IMG/VR virus record: IMGVR_UViG_3300017747_002857
Coordinates: 1-39,236 of that record
Reading direction: 5' to 3' (one strand)
Length of the DNA: 39,236 bases
Origin: a virus
Taxonomy: Duplodnaviria > Caudoviricetes
Below, in pieces: positions 32,500-39,236 of the stretch. The translations under genes and the position numbers were made by a program. Position 1 is the stretch's first letter, and every line of letters begins with the position of its first letter. Under the pieces are notes generated by a model. That model was not told the origin of the DNA, did no database searches, and worked only from the letters and a program-made list of their open reading frames with translations.

Positions 32500-32693
32500 G
32501 CTTTGATCTTCCCCGCCAACGTCGCCAGCGCCCGCAACCGATCCTTCGCCGGGTTGCGCGAGCGCTTGATGATCTTCAGCAGTTCGTCCGGATTGCCGGC
32601 CACGGTGGCCAGGTCGTGATCCGAAATCTCGACGCGAATGCGTGTCACGCGCTGCGCCTTGGCGTTCGTGCCGTCCGTGATGGTGATGTCCAT
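32496..32693 (-). CDS. Hypothetical protein
   Basis: Coupled overlaps; GGAGG RBS. Confidence 0.6.
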   Translation of the reverse strand: MDITITDGTNAKAQRVTRIRVEISDHDLATVAGNPDELLKIIKRSRNPAKDRLRALATLAGKIKA

Positions 32694-32905
32694 TATTTCA
32701 ACGCCTCCAACTTCGCCGCCAGCGCATCCACCCGCATCTGCGCATTGGCGAGCTTCACCCGTGCGCGCATCAGCCTGTCTTCGAGACGACGCCGCCGATT
32801 GTTGGCCGCTGTGTGCGTTACCGCACCGTCATATGGCGGTTTCGGGGCAGACAATGGGCGGACGCTTGAGGGGCTGTCGGCCTGATTTGTGGTGGTGGAA
32901 ATCAT
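32693..32905 (-). CDS. Hypothetical protein with C-terminal coiled coil
   Basis: Coupled overlaps. Confidence 0.55.
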   Translation of the reverse strand: MISTTTNQADSPSSVRPLSAPKPPYDGAVTHTAANNRRRRLEDRLMRARVKLANAQMRVDALAAKLEALK

Positions 32906-33300
32906 TTGCGCCCCGTGTGCAGCGATTCAAGGTACGCGAGTTTTTCCTCGGCCTTGTCCGCCCTGTCCCGCTCGATCCGCAGCTGGCGCTCGAGTTCGGT
33001 TTCCTTCGGCGTCAGCAGGTAGCCGCGTCGATCCGCGAGCCACAGCAACGGCGCTTCGTTCCCGCACAGATCCATGAACGTGCAGAATTTGTCCTGCGGG
33101 AAAAAATGCTGGCCGCCGCGTATGCGCGACCACTGCGCCGCCTCCTTGACGATGCCGCTCTTGCCGCACAGTTCTTTGTCGTCCACGCCGGACAACTGCT
33201 GGCAGAGCATCAGCGCCGCGGTCATCGAAGGCTGCGCCGCAATGATCGAGTGATCGACGGTCGTCATCGGCGGCTTGGCGGACAGATCAAATTGATCCAT
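32902..33300 (-). CDS. CII-like transcriptional regulator
   Basis: GAGG RBS; HTH-like KELCG..GIVKEAAQWSRI, FMDLCGNEAPLLWLA, C-terminal coiled coil; downstream of cro. Confidence 0.65.
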   Translation of the reverse strand: MDQFDLSAKPPMTTVDHSIIAAQPSMTAALMLCQQLSGVDDKELCGKSGIVKEAAQWSRIRGGQHFFPQDKFCTFMDLCGNEAPLLWLADRRGYLLTPKETELERQLRIERDRADKAEEKLAYLESLHTGRK

Positions 33301-33395
33301 ATCAATTGCCTCGTTTTGATCCGTCGAAATGGGCCAAAATTTTTTGGTGCCCACTCCGACATACAAGCCGCCGCAAAATCAGCGACAATCCGCCC

Positions 33396-33638
33396 GTGTT
33401 CCGAGACCGGCTGCGCGATGCGATGCTGGTGCGCGGACTCTCAGCAAGCGAATTGGGTCGCCGCGTCGGAGTGCCCCGGCAGACGGTGGCCAAGTGGCTG
33501 AGGATGAAAACCGCGGAGTTGAGCGGCGTGCATTTGGCGAAAGTGGCCGATGTGCTGAACGTCCGTATGCACTGGCTGGCAACTGGAGTTGGCAAATTGA
33601 TGCCGCTCAACACAAGGCGGCCAACCCCGACAGCTTGA
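33396..33638 (+). CDS. Stand-alone XRE/HTH protein antisense to the cro-cII operon
   Basis: FRDRLRDAMLVRGLSASELGRRVGVPRQTVAKWL...LAKVADVLNVRMHWLATGVG is a textbook repressor N-terminal domain. Confidence 0.8.
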   Translation: MFRDRLRDAMLVRGLSASELGRRVGVPRQTVAKWLRMKTAELSGVHLAKVADVLNVRMHWLATGVGKLMPLNTRRPTPTA

Positions 33639-33642
33639 GTTG

Positions 33643-33855
33643 TCACGCCGCGACCCCAAAAATGTCCGGGCGCAATTCATGACGCGTGACGCCACCCCCC
33701 GTTGCGGCCTCGACTGCCAGCACCCGTTCGGCCGGCACCTTGCCGCTTTTCTTCCAGAGGTAGACGGCCTGCGGCGTGACGCCCAGAGCGTCAGCCAACT
33801 TGACTTGGCCGCCCAGAACGATGCACGCCCGCTCAATGCCTGATTTGTTATCCAT
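33643..33855 (-). CDS. cro: Cro-like (YdaS family) regulator
   Basis: GGQVKLADALGVTPQAVYLW...VTRHELRPDIF; divergent from cI. Confidence 0.9.
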   Translation of the reverse strand: MDNKSGIERACIVLGGQVKLADALGVTPQAVYLWKKSGKVPAERVLAVEAATGGGVTRHELRPDIFGVAA

Positions 33856-33861
33856 GCGCAG

Positions 33862-33891
33862 AGTAAAGCATTGCTTTAGGTTTGATGTCAA
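33862..33891 (-). promoter_or_regulatory. PR-like promoter TTGACA-18-TTTACT
   Basis: -35 at 33886-33891 and -10 at 33862-33867 on the - strand, with extended TG; overlapped by operators. Confidence 0.8.
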
Positions 33892-33902
33892 GCATTGCCT
33901 TA
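33864..33902. promoter_or_regulatory. OR operators: TAAAGCATTGCTTTA (33864-33878) and TCAAGCATTGCCTTA (33888-33902)
   Basis: 15-bp palindromes 24 bp apart; same motif at OL. Confidence 0.88.
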
Positions 33903-33937
33903 TTCCGCGAGTTGCGGATTGGCAAGAAAATATGCAA

Positions 33938-34381
33938 ATGCTTGATGCCAATGAGGTTGCGCGCCGCCTGCGGGAAGCGATGGATTCAGCGAGACCACCC
34001 GTGACCGGTGCGGCGCTCGCTGATGCGTGCCATGTGACACCTCAGGCTGTCAACGGATGGCGAAAAACTGGCCGCCTGCACAAGCGACACCTCGGCACGA
34101 TCGCCAAGGTCACCGGCCAGCCGCTCGCGTATTTCCTCGAGGAGGTCGCTGTGTTGCTAACCGAGGTATCGCCGGCCGAAGTGGACCCGCGGGCAGGCGA
34201 GATCGCGGGCCTGTTCTACTGGCTCACCGAGGAGGAAAAGATCGATCTTCTGGGTAAGGTGCGCGCGAAGGCGTACGGGAATCGGGCGCTGGTGAAAGAG
34301 ATGGCCGGCCGCCTCTCCCCTCCCAGCGATGGGCACGTTGAAAAGCACATGCCGGCCATCCACAAAAAGGCCAGACGGTGA
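33938..34381 (+). CDS. cI: CI-like immunity repressor without S24 peptidase domain
   Basis: N-terminal HTH TGAALADACHVTPQAVNGWRKTG; short helical C-terminus. Alternative start at 33932. Confidence 0.85.
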   Translation: MLDANEVARRLREAMDSARPPVTGAALADACHVTPQAVNGWRKTGRLHKRHLGTIAKVTGQPLAYFLEEVAVLLTEVSPAEVDPRAGEIAGLFYWLTEEEKIDLLGKVRAKAYGNRALVKEMAGRLSPPSDGHVEKHMPAIHKKARR

Positions 34382-34416
34382 GGTCTATAATTCACCGGAC
34401 CATAGGGGAACATCAC

Positions 34417-34866
34417 ATGCGTAGCGTTTTGATGATCGGGCTGTTGTTGCTGGCGAGCTGCTCGTCGACCGGCACGATGAACGAAATTATGGGCGGCTGG
34501 GATGGCGTCAACATCGAAGACGTCGTCAAGCAATGGGGCTACCCCACCGAGCAGCAAACCTTCCGCGGGCGGCAGCTCTACATCTGGACGAAAAACGACA
34601 TCGTCAGCACGCCCGGATTCACCACCAGCACGACGAATGCGAACGCCCAGGCGCGCGCGGTGCCCGGGGCCGTGGTCGCGAGCGGCAACCAGACAACGAC
34701 AGGTGCCGTGATCGGCGGCGGCGCCATGTCGTATTCGTGCCGGCGCGTGCTGGAGGTCGATGACGCCGGGATCGTGCGCAAAACGAGCTGGGACGGCAAC
34801 GGCTGCTGCACGGTGGCAATCGGCGGCATGTGCAAGCAGTGGCTGAATCCCGCTAAGCCCTTGTAA
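34417..34866 (+). CDS. Lipoprotein (lysogenic conversion / superinfection-exclusion-like)
   Basis: MRSVLMIGLLLLAS|C lipobox; WDGVNIEDVVKQWGYP; AGGGG RBS; TATAAT at 34386-34391. Confidence 0.8.
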   Translation: MRSVLMIGLLLLASCSSTGTMNEIMGGWDGVNIEDVVKQWGYPTEQQTFRGRQLYIWTKNDIVSTPGFTTSTTNANAQARAVPGAVVASGNQTTTGAVIGGGAMSYSCRRVLEVDDAGIVRKTSWDGNGCCTVAIGGMCKQWLNPAKPL

Positions 34867-34887
34867 CAGTTACAAGCGGACGAATCG

Positions 34888-34910
34888 AGCCACCTTCGGG
34901 TGGCTTTTTT
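34888..34910 (+). terminator. Rho-independent terminator ending the cI-lipoprotein transcript
   Basis: AGCCACC-TTCG-GGTGGCT-TTTTT. Confidence 0.9.
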
Positions 34911-34921
34911 GCGTGCCGGAC

Positions 34922-34962
34922 TAAAGCAATGCTTGACATCACAGATAAAGCAATGCTTTAAT
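34922..34962 (+). promoter_or_regulatory. PL-like promoter TTGACA-18-TTTAAT with OL operators TAAAGCAATGCTTGA (34922-34936) and TAAAGCAATGCTTTA (34946-34960)
   Basis: -35 at 34933-34938, -10 at 34957-34962; same architecture as PR/OR. Confidence 0.88.
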
Positions 34963-34998
34963 TCTTCCAACCCGCACACCGCGGCAAGGAGGAACCCG

Positions 34999-35355
34999 AT
35001 GGACACCGCACCCCTCGCAGTAATCGCCAACGACCGCACCAAGCTAATCGCCGAACTCGCCGACGAAATCGCCTGCGGCAACAACTTCGGCGTATACGAC
35101 GCCTCATTTTTCCTCGACACCCTCATCGACGACCAGCGCATCACCTCAGACGACGTCGCCATCCTGCTCACGCACAACGATCTGTCCGACACGCGCATCA
35201 GCGTCGAGGAGAGGCTGCGCAAGCTGGTCGAAGCGGCTGCGGTGGAGTTTTTCACGAATGGGCGGGGGGCGGACTTTGTTGATGAGCGGTTGGCGGAGGA
35301 ACGGGCCGACCGTGACGAGGATGAGCGCGAACGGCTGCGGGGGTATGCGGCGTGA
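34999..35355 (+). CDS. Acidic hypothetical protein, first gene of the PL operon
   Basis: AGGAGG RBS; D/E-rich. Confidence 0.75.
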   Translation: MDTAPLAVIANDRTKLIAELADEIACGNNFGVYDASFFLDTLIDDQRITSDDVAILLTHNDLSDTRISVEERLRKLVEAAAVEFFTNGRGADFVDERLAEERADRDEDERERLRGYAA

Positions 35356-35600
35356 TCACCCTTCAATCACTAATCGCCGGCATCGCCCTCGCCTTCATCC
35401 TGGGCATGTGCATCGGCGCCTGGCTTGCAACCGAAGAACTCGTGGAGGCTGAACATGCGCATCGTAATCGTGAATCCGAAACTGCCGCTCTATTCGCAAG
35501 TGCCGGCCGGCCTGATCCTGCAGTTCAAGGGCACGCGGGCGATTGCAGCGACATTCGTCCTGCGCGGCTGGTCAACACGATTTCAGGTCGTGAGGGGTAG
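35352..35600 (+). CDS. Small membrane protein
   Basis: GTGA overlap; N-terminal TM LIAGIALAFILGMCIGAWL. Confidence 0.55.
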   Translation: MITLQSLIAGIALAFILGMCIGAWLATEELVEAEHAHRNRESETAALFASAGRPDPAVQGHAGDCSDIRPARLVNTISGREG

Positions 35601-35616
35601 CCAGCCATGCGCCTGA
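35455..35616 (+). CDS. Possible small overlapping protein (MRIVIVNPK...)
   Basis: GGAGG RBS before ATG 35455; overlaps the 3' tail of the previous ORF. Confidence 0.45.
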   Translation: MRIVIVNPKLPLYSQVPAGLILQFKGTRAIAATFVLRGWSTRFQVVRGSQPCA

Positions 35617-35735
35617 GAGATTGGCTCTACGCCGCCCTCCTCCTCGCCAGCTTTTCTTTTATAACCGGCGTGCTTGATGGCAGTGAACGCACCGCCGCAA
35701 ACAAACAGTTTTTTACCCAAGGAGAATCACAATGA
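35607..35735 (+). CDS. 42-aa membrane peptide (not in the ORF track)
   Basis: MRLRDWLYAALLLASFSFITGVLDG...; GAGGGG RBS; ATGA overlap with recT. Confidence 0.6.
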   Translation: MRLRDWLYAALLLASFSFITGVLDGSERTAANKQFFTQGESQ

Positions 35736-36604
35736 ATGCACCAGAAAAAGTAGTTTCGTTCCCGAAGTTGCTCGAAGCGCACAAGGCGCAGATTGCGCTC
35801 GCGCTGCCGAAGCATTTGAACGCCGATCGCATGGCGCGCATCGCGCTGACCTGTTTTCGCATGACGCCGGCACTCGGCAAATGCGATCCGGCCAGCGTAT
35901 TCGCCGCCGTCATTCAGGCCGCACAACTTGGACTTGAGCCGGGCTTGAATGGTCGCTGCTACCTGATCCCCTACGGCAATACATGCCAGTTCGTACCCGG
36001 CTGGAAGGGGCTGCTCGAGCTCGTCAACCGCACCGGCCGCGCGACCGCCTGGACGGGCGCGATCTACGAAGGCCAGCGGTTCGAGTATGAACAGGGCGAC
36101 CGGCCGCGGCTCGTGATCTCGGATATTTCGAACGAGGACGACCCGAACAAGATCGCCTACGTCTACGCGGTCGGCCGCGTCAAGGGCGCCGAGGAGCCGG
36201 TGATCGAACTCTGGTCGATGGATCGCGTGCGTCGCCACCGCGACAAATATAACAAGGTCGGCAAGCGCCACTACTCGTTCGAAAACCTCGAAATGTATGC
36301 GCGCAAGGTGGTGCTGCTGCAGGTGCTGAAGTACCTGCCGGCCACACCCGAGCTCGAAACCGCGATGGTGCTGAACAACGCGGCCGAGACCAACGCGCAG
36401 CACTTGACGGTTGACGATGCGATCAATGGCACCTTCGTGCCGATTCCAGAGGATGAGGTGATCTCGGAACACGAGGGAATGAGGGACGCGAAAACGGTCA
36501 AGGAACTGGCCGAGATTTTCAGCGCGCTGCCGACTGACGACAAGGTCAAGCACAAGAATTATTACGACGTCCGGCACCTCGAACTGACCGAGGCGGCGCT
36601 GTAA
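35732..36604 (+). CDS. recT: RecT-family single-strand annealing protein
   Basis: ALPKHLNADRMARIALT...AAQLGLEPG...YLIPY...GWKGLLEL...MYARKVVL..KYLP. Confidence 0.93.
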   Translation: MNAPEKVVSFPKLLEAHKAQIALALPKHLNADRMARIALTCFRMTPALGKCDPASVFAAVIQAAQLGLEPGLNGRCYLIPYGNTCQFVPGWKGLLELVNRTGRATAWTGAIYEGQRFEYEQGDRPRLVISDISNEDDPNKIAYVYAVGRVKGAEEPVIELWSMDRVRRHRDKYNKVGKRHYSFENLEMYARKVVLLQVLKYLPATPELETAMVLNNAAETNAQHLTVDDAINGTFVPIPEDEVISEHEGMRDAKTVKELAEIFSALPTDDKVKHKNYYDVRHLELTEAAL

Positions 36605-37224
36605 TGAAGCAAGGCACGCCAGAATGGCTGGCGGCGCGATGCGGACTGGCCACCGCATCGCGTTTTTCGGACGTGCTCGCAACGGTCAAGGCCGGCGAAT
36701 CTGCGTCGCGGCGCAACTACCGCGCGCAGATCATCGCCGAGCGACTGACCGGCGTTCCAGCCGACTCCTATCAATCGGCCGAAATGCGCTGGGGCACTGA
36801 GCAGGAGCCGTATGCGCGCATCGCCTATGAGGCCCGCGGCCTGGTGGTCGAGCAGGTCGCGTTCATCCGGCACCAATATTTGAAGGCCGGCGCATCGCCG
36901 GACGGTCTCGTCGGTCACGATGGCCAGGTCGAAATCAAATGCCCGAATACGGCGACGCACATCGACACGCTGCTGAAAGGCATGTCGCCCGACCACATGC
37001 CGCAGTTGCAGGGCAATCTGTGGATGAGCGGCCGGCGCTGGATCGACTTCATCAGCTACGACCCGCGCATGCCCGAGCGGATGCAACTCTACGTGCAGCG
37101 CGTGCGACGCGATGATGTCTACATCGCCAACCTCGAAAAAGAGGTGACCACCTTTCTGATCGAGGTCGACGTCACGATCGCCGACCTCGAAGCGAAATTA
37201 ACGCCGGTCGCGCAAGCGGCCTAA
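36604..37224 (+). CDS. YqaJ / lambda-exonuclease family protein
   Basis: QGTPEWLAARCG..TAS, WGTEQEP, GASPDGLVG...EIKCP, QLQGNLW. Confidence 0.93.
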   Translation: MKQGTPEWLAARCGLATASRFSDVLATVKAGESASRRNYRAQIIAERLTGVPADSYQSAEMRWGTEQEPYARIAYEARGLVVEQVAFIRHQYLKAGASPDGLVGHDGQVEIKCPNTATHIDTLLKGMSPDHMPQLQGNLWMSGRRWIDFISYDPRMPERMQLYVQRVRRDDVYIANLEKEVTTFLIEVDVTIADLEAKLTPVAQAA

Positions 37225-37242
37225 TTCAAGGAGCAATCGAAC

Positions 37243-38376
37243 ATGACCACCGGAACAGAACTCACCGTTGCACAACGCGCCTCCGTCGCCTTGGGCGCGT
37301 CCGAGCACGAAAAGAAACTGCGCGAACTCGCCAAGCAATCGACCGAGATTGTCGCCATCACGAACGCCGCCGGCTACCAGCAACTGCACGCTGCGCGGAT
37401 GGTGCTGAAGACCGAACGCATCGCACTGGAAAAACTCGGCAAGGGTGCGCGGGACGACGCGACGAAATTCTCGAAAGCCGTGATCGAGGAGGAAAAGCGC
37501 CTGATCGGCATCATCGCGCCCGAGGAGCAACGCTTGCAGGCCATCCAGGACGAGCACGACCAGCGCGTCGAGCGTGAAAAGCAGGTGAAGATCGAGGCCG
37601 AGCGCGTCCGCGTACTGAACATCCGCAGCCGGATCGACGCTGACCTGCGCATGCCCGCCACGGCACTGACCATCCTGTCCGGCTCGGTAGTGCTGGCGAC
37701 CACGCTCGAAGACGTCAAGGCCATCGCTATCGACGAATCGTTCGCCGAGTTCGCGCAGGAGGCCGAGCAGGTCAAGGTGCAGACGGTGGTCGCGCTGAAC
37801 AAACTGCACGCCGAAGCCCTCGCCTACGAAGCCGAGCAGCGCCAGCTCCGCGCCGATCGCGAAGAGGCCGCACGGTTGCGCGCCGCCGAGGAAAAGCGCA
37901 CACGCGAAGCCGCCGAGAAGGAAGCCGCCGAAGCGCGTCGCAGGGCTGACGAGCAGGCCGCTGCACAGGCCCGCATCGAACAGGCCGAGCGCGAGTCCCG
38001 CCTCAAGATCGAAGCGCAGGAGCGCGCTGCACGCGAGCGCCTGGCCGAAGAGGAGCGGGTCGCCAAGATCGCCCGCGAGGCCGAAGAGCGCCGGCAGGCG
38101 GACGAACGTCGGGCCATCGAAGAACAGCAGCGCAAGCTGCGCGAGGAGCAGGAGGCGGCCGAGCGTGCTGAGCGTCAGCGGCAGGAAGAGATTCGCCTGA
38201 AGGCCGAGGCCGAAGAGCGCGAAATCCAGCGCCAGCAAGACGAACTGCTGGGTGGCCGCGCCCTCCTCACCACCTTCGTAACCCGCTACGGCAAGCAGAA
38301 AGTGTTCGCACCGATAGCGGCGGCAATCAACACGTTTTTGAGCGAGCCGGTCGCGAAGGCGAAGAAGGCCGCCTAA
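37243..38376 (+). CDS. Long coiled-coil protein (DUF1351/Gam-like N-terminus)
   Basis: AAGGAG RBS; E/R/A/Q-rich heptads; recombination-module position. Confidence 0.6.
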   Translation: MTTGTELTVAQRASVALGASEHEKKLRELAKQSTEIVAITNAAGYQQLHAARMVLKTERIALEKLGKGARDDATKFSKAVIEEEKRLIGIIAPEEQRLQAIQDEHDQRVEREKQVKIEAERVRVLNIRSRIDADLRMPATALTILSGSVVLATTLEDVKAIAIDESFAEFAQEAEQVKVQTVVALNKLHAEALAYEAEQRQLRADREEAARLRAAEEKRTREAAEKEAAEARRRADEQAAAQARIEQAERESRLKIEAQERAARERLAEEERVAKIAREAEERRQADERRAIEEQQRKLREEQEAAERAERQRQEEIRLKAEAEEREIQRQQDELLGGRALLTTFVTRYGKQKVFAPIAAAINTFLSEPVAKAKKAA

Positions 38377-38480
38377 CCCACAACGCGGGCGCATTTTGCA
38401 CGGGGCAACCGTCTGTTCAGAACCCCGTCTCTAACGAGGCCCGCTCCCGTTTTTTTCACCACCACGAAGGAGTCAGGAGC

Positions 38481-38768
38481 ATGGAAAACCAGCATCAGAA
38501 AATCAAGGGTTACCGCGATTTGTCGCAAGCCGAAATCGACCTGATGAACAAGATCAAGGCGCACGGCGCGGCCACCGACGCGCTGCTTGGCGAAGTTCAT
38601 GCGCACGTCGGGCAGCAGATCGTCGACGCTAAGAATCTTCCGGAAAAGGACGAAGAGCATCGTATCGACGACGCGCAGCCGCAGCGCTGGATTGCAATGG
38701 CGCGCACCGATTTCCAGACCGGACTGATGAAGCTCGTCAGGGCGGTCGCGCAGCCGACGACGTTCTAA
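38481..38768 (+). CDS. acb2: Anti-CBASS cyclic-oligonucleotide sponge Acb2
   Basis: MENQHQKIKGYRDLSQAEIDLMNKIK...RWIAMARTDFQTGLMKLVRAVAQPTTF closely follows the Acb2 signature of Pseudomonas PaMx33-type phages. Confidence 0.9.
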   Translation: MENQHQKIKGYRDLSQAEIDLMNKIKAHGAATDALLGEVHAHVGQQIVDAKNLPEKDEEHRIDDAQPQRWIAMARTDFQTGLMKLVRAVAQPTTF

Positions 38769-38774
38769 CGAATA

Positions 38775-39070
38775 CACCGAGAGGGCCTTAACCGTGATTC
38801 GTCTGGGCGGCAGACCGTGGAAAGTGGGCAGATCATCGCCGGCACGGCCACACTGCATCCGGAACGGGAAGACAAGCACGGGGATCGAGTCATGTGGTCG
38901 GGGAGTTCTGGTTGGTGCCCCGACAGTAGCTACGGACCGCCAATGCCTCGGCAACCAGGACCAGGCCCATACAGCGCAGCACCCCGGCAGTAGCTCATCG
39001 GCAAGTTTCGAACTCTGAGGCGCGGATCGCCAAGACGAGGGTGCCGAGAAAGCGAACCCGGGTCACCGTT
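38775..39070 (+). ncRNA. Putative structured non-coding RNA
   Basis: ~320-nt gap without a convincing CDS; many nested helices (see findings). Confidence 0.4.
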
Positions 39071-39091
39071 TTCAACTACGAAGGAGTCACC

Positions 39092-39236
39092 ATGCAGACG
39101 CAGTCGAATGCCAAGACCACCAAAGCCGACGCCAAAGCCGCAGCCGACGCAGCATTCCAGAAAGACGCGGTCGGCGCGATGAAGGGCAAGGGCCCGGGCT
39201 TTCCGAAGTCGGATGAAAACCCCGAGGGTTACACGA
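39092..39236 (+). CDS. 5' part of the GapR-like CDS (continues into 1..452)
   Basis: AAGGAG RBS, MQTQSNAKTTKADAK..., in frame across the overlap. Confidence 0.75.
   Translation, partial: MQTQSNAKTTKADAKAAADAAFQKDAVGAMKGKGPGFPKSDENPEGYT
39114..39236 (+). repeat. 123-bp direct terminal repeat, right copy
   Basis: Identical to 1-123. Confidence 0.95.

Larger units (their letters stand above)
1..39113. mobile_element. Complete circular temperate phage genome (podovirus, BPP-1/epsilon15/T7-type virion module, lambdoid regulation)
   Basis: Exact terminal overlap, intact attP, integrase, cI/cro, and complete head, tail, packaging and lysis gene sets; no host genes. Confidence 0.95.

Noticed and set aside
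33302-33646. - strand ORF between cro and cII
   Set aside because: No recognisable features, while the opposite strand encodes a clear HTH domain.
37243-38376. TolA or other host-derived membrane protein
   Set aside because: No TM anchor; the resemblance is only low-complexity E/A/R coiled coil.
38794-39018. 74-aa CDS after acb2
   Set aside because: GTG start, atypical composition and no motif; the region is better explained as structured RNA, though coding is not excluded.
38984-39062. tRNA gene suggested by GTAGCTCA and TTCGAA
   Set aside because: Spacing does not give a cloverleaf with anticodon arm, T-arm and CCA.

Overview
The window is an apparently complete, circular, temperate podovirus genome of 39,113 bp. 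Bases 1-123 are repeated exactly at 39114-39236. The DNA is GC-rich, and the attP core matches the 3' half of a proteobacterial tRNA-His(GTG), most like betaproteobacterial ones. A lambdoid immunity switch at 33.3-35.0 kb contains cro, a non-cleavable cI, an extra antisense HTH gene, a lipoprotein and four clear 15-bp operators. It separates two arms. The + strand early arm carries RecT, YqaJ exonuclease, the Acb2 anti-CBASS sponge, a probable ~290-nt structured RNA, GapR-like, J-domain and ASCH genes, then excisionase, integrase and attP. The - strand arm carries a cII-like gene, an adenine MTase, a DUF1376 initiator with origin repeats, RusA and an HTH gene. These are followed by BPP-1/epsilon15/T7-type virion genes: portal, an inserted head-spike cassette, scaffold, capsid, cement, adaptor, nozzle, GNAT, ejection proteins, TerS/TerL, tail fibre and lysis genes. 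The most unusual locus is the capsid region (19.0-21.0 kb). The major capsid and cement proteins both appear to be made with hydrophobic N-terminal leader peptides. The capsid mRNA leader has three hairpins sharing a 4x1 internal loop, a kissing-loop pair lies between capsid and cement genes, and an anti-SD-bearing hairpin follows the cement gene. All protein family calls are by motif recognition from memory, not database searches.
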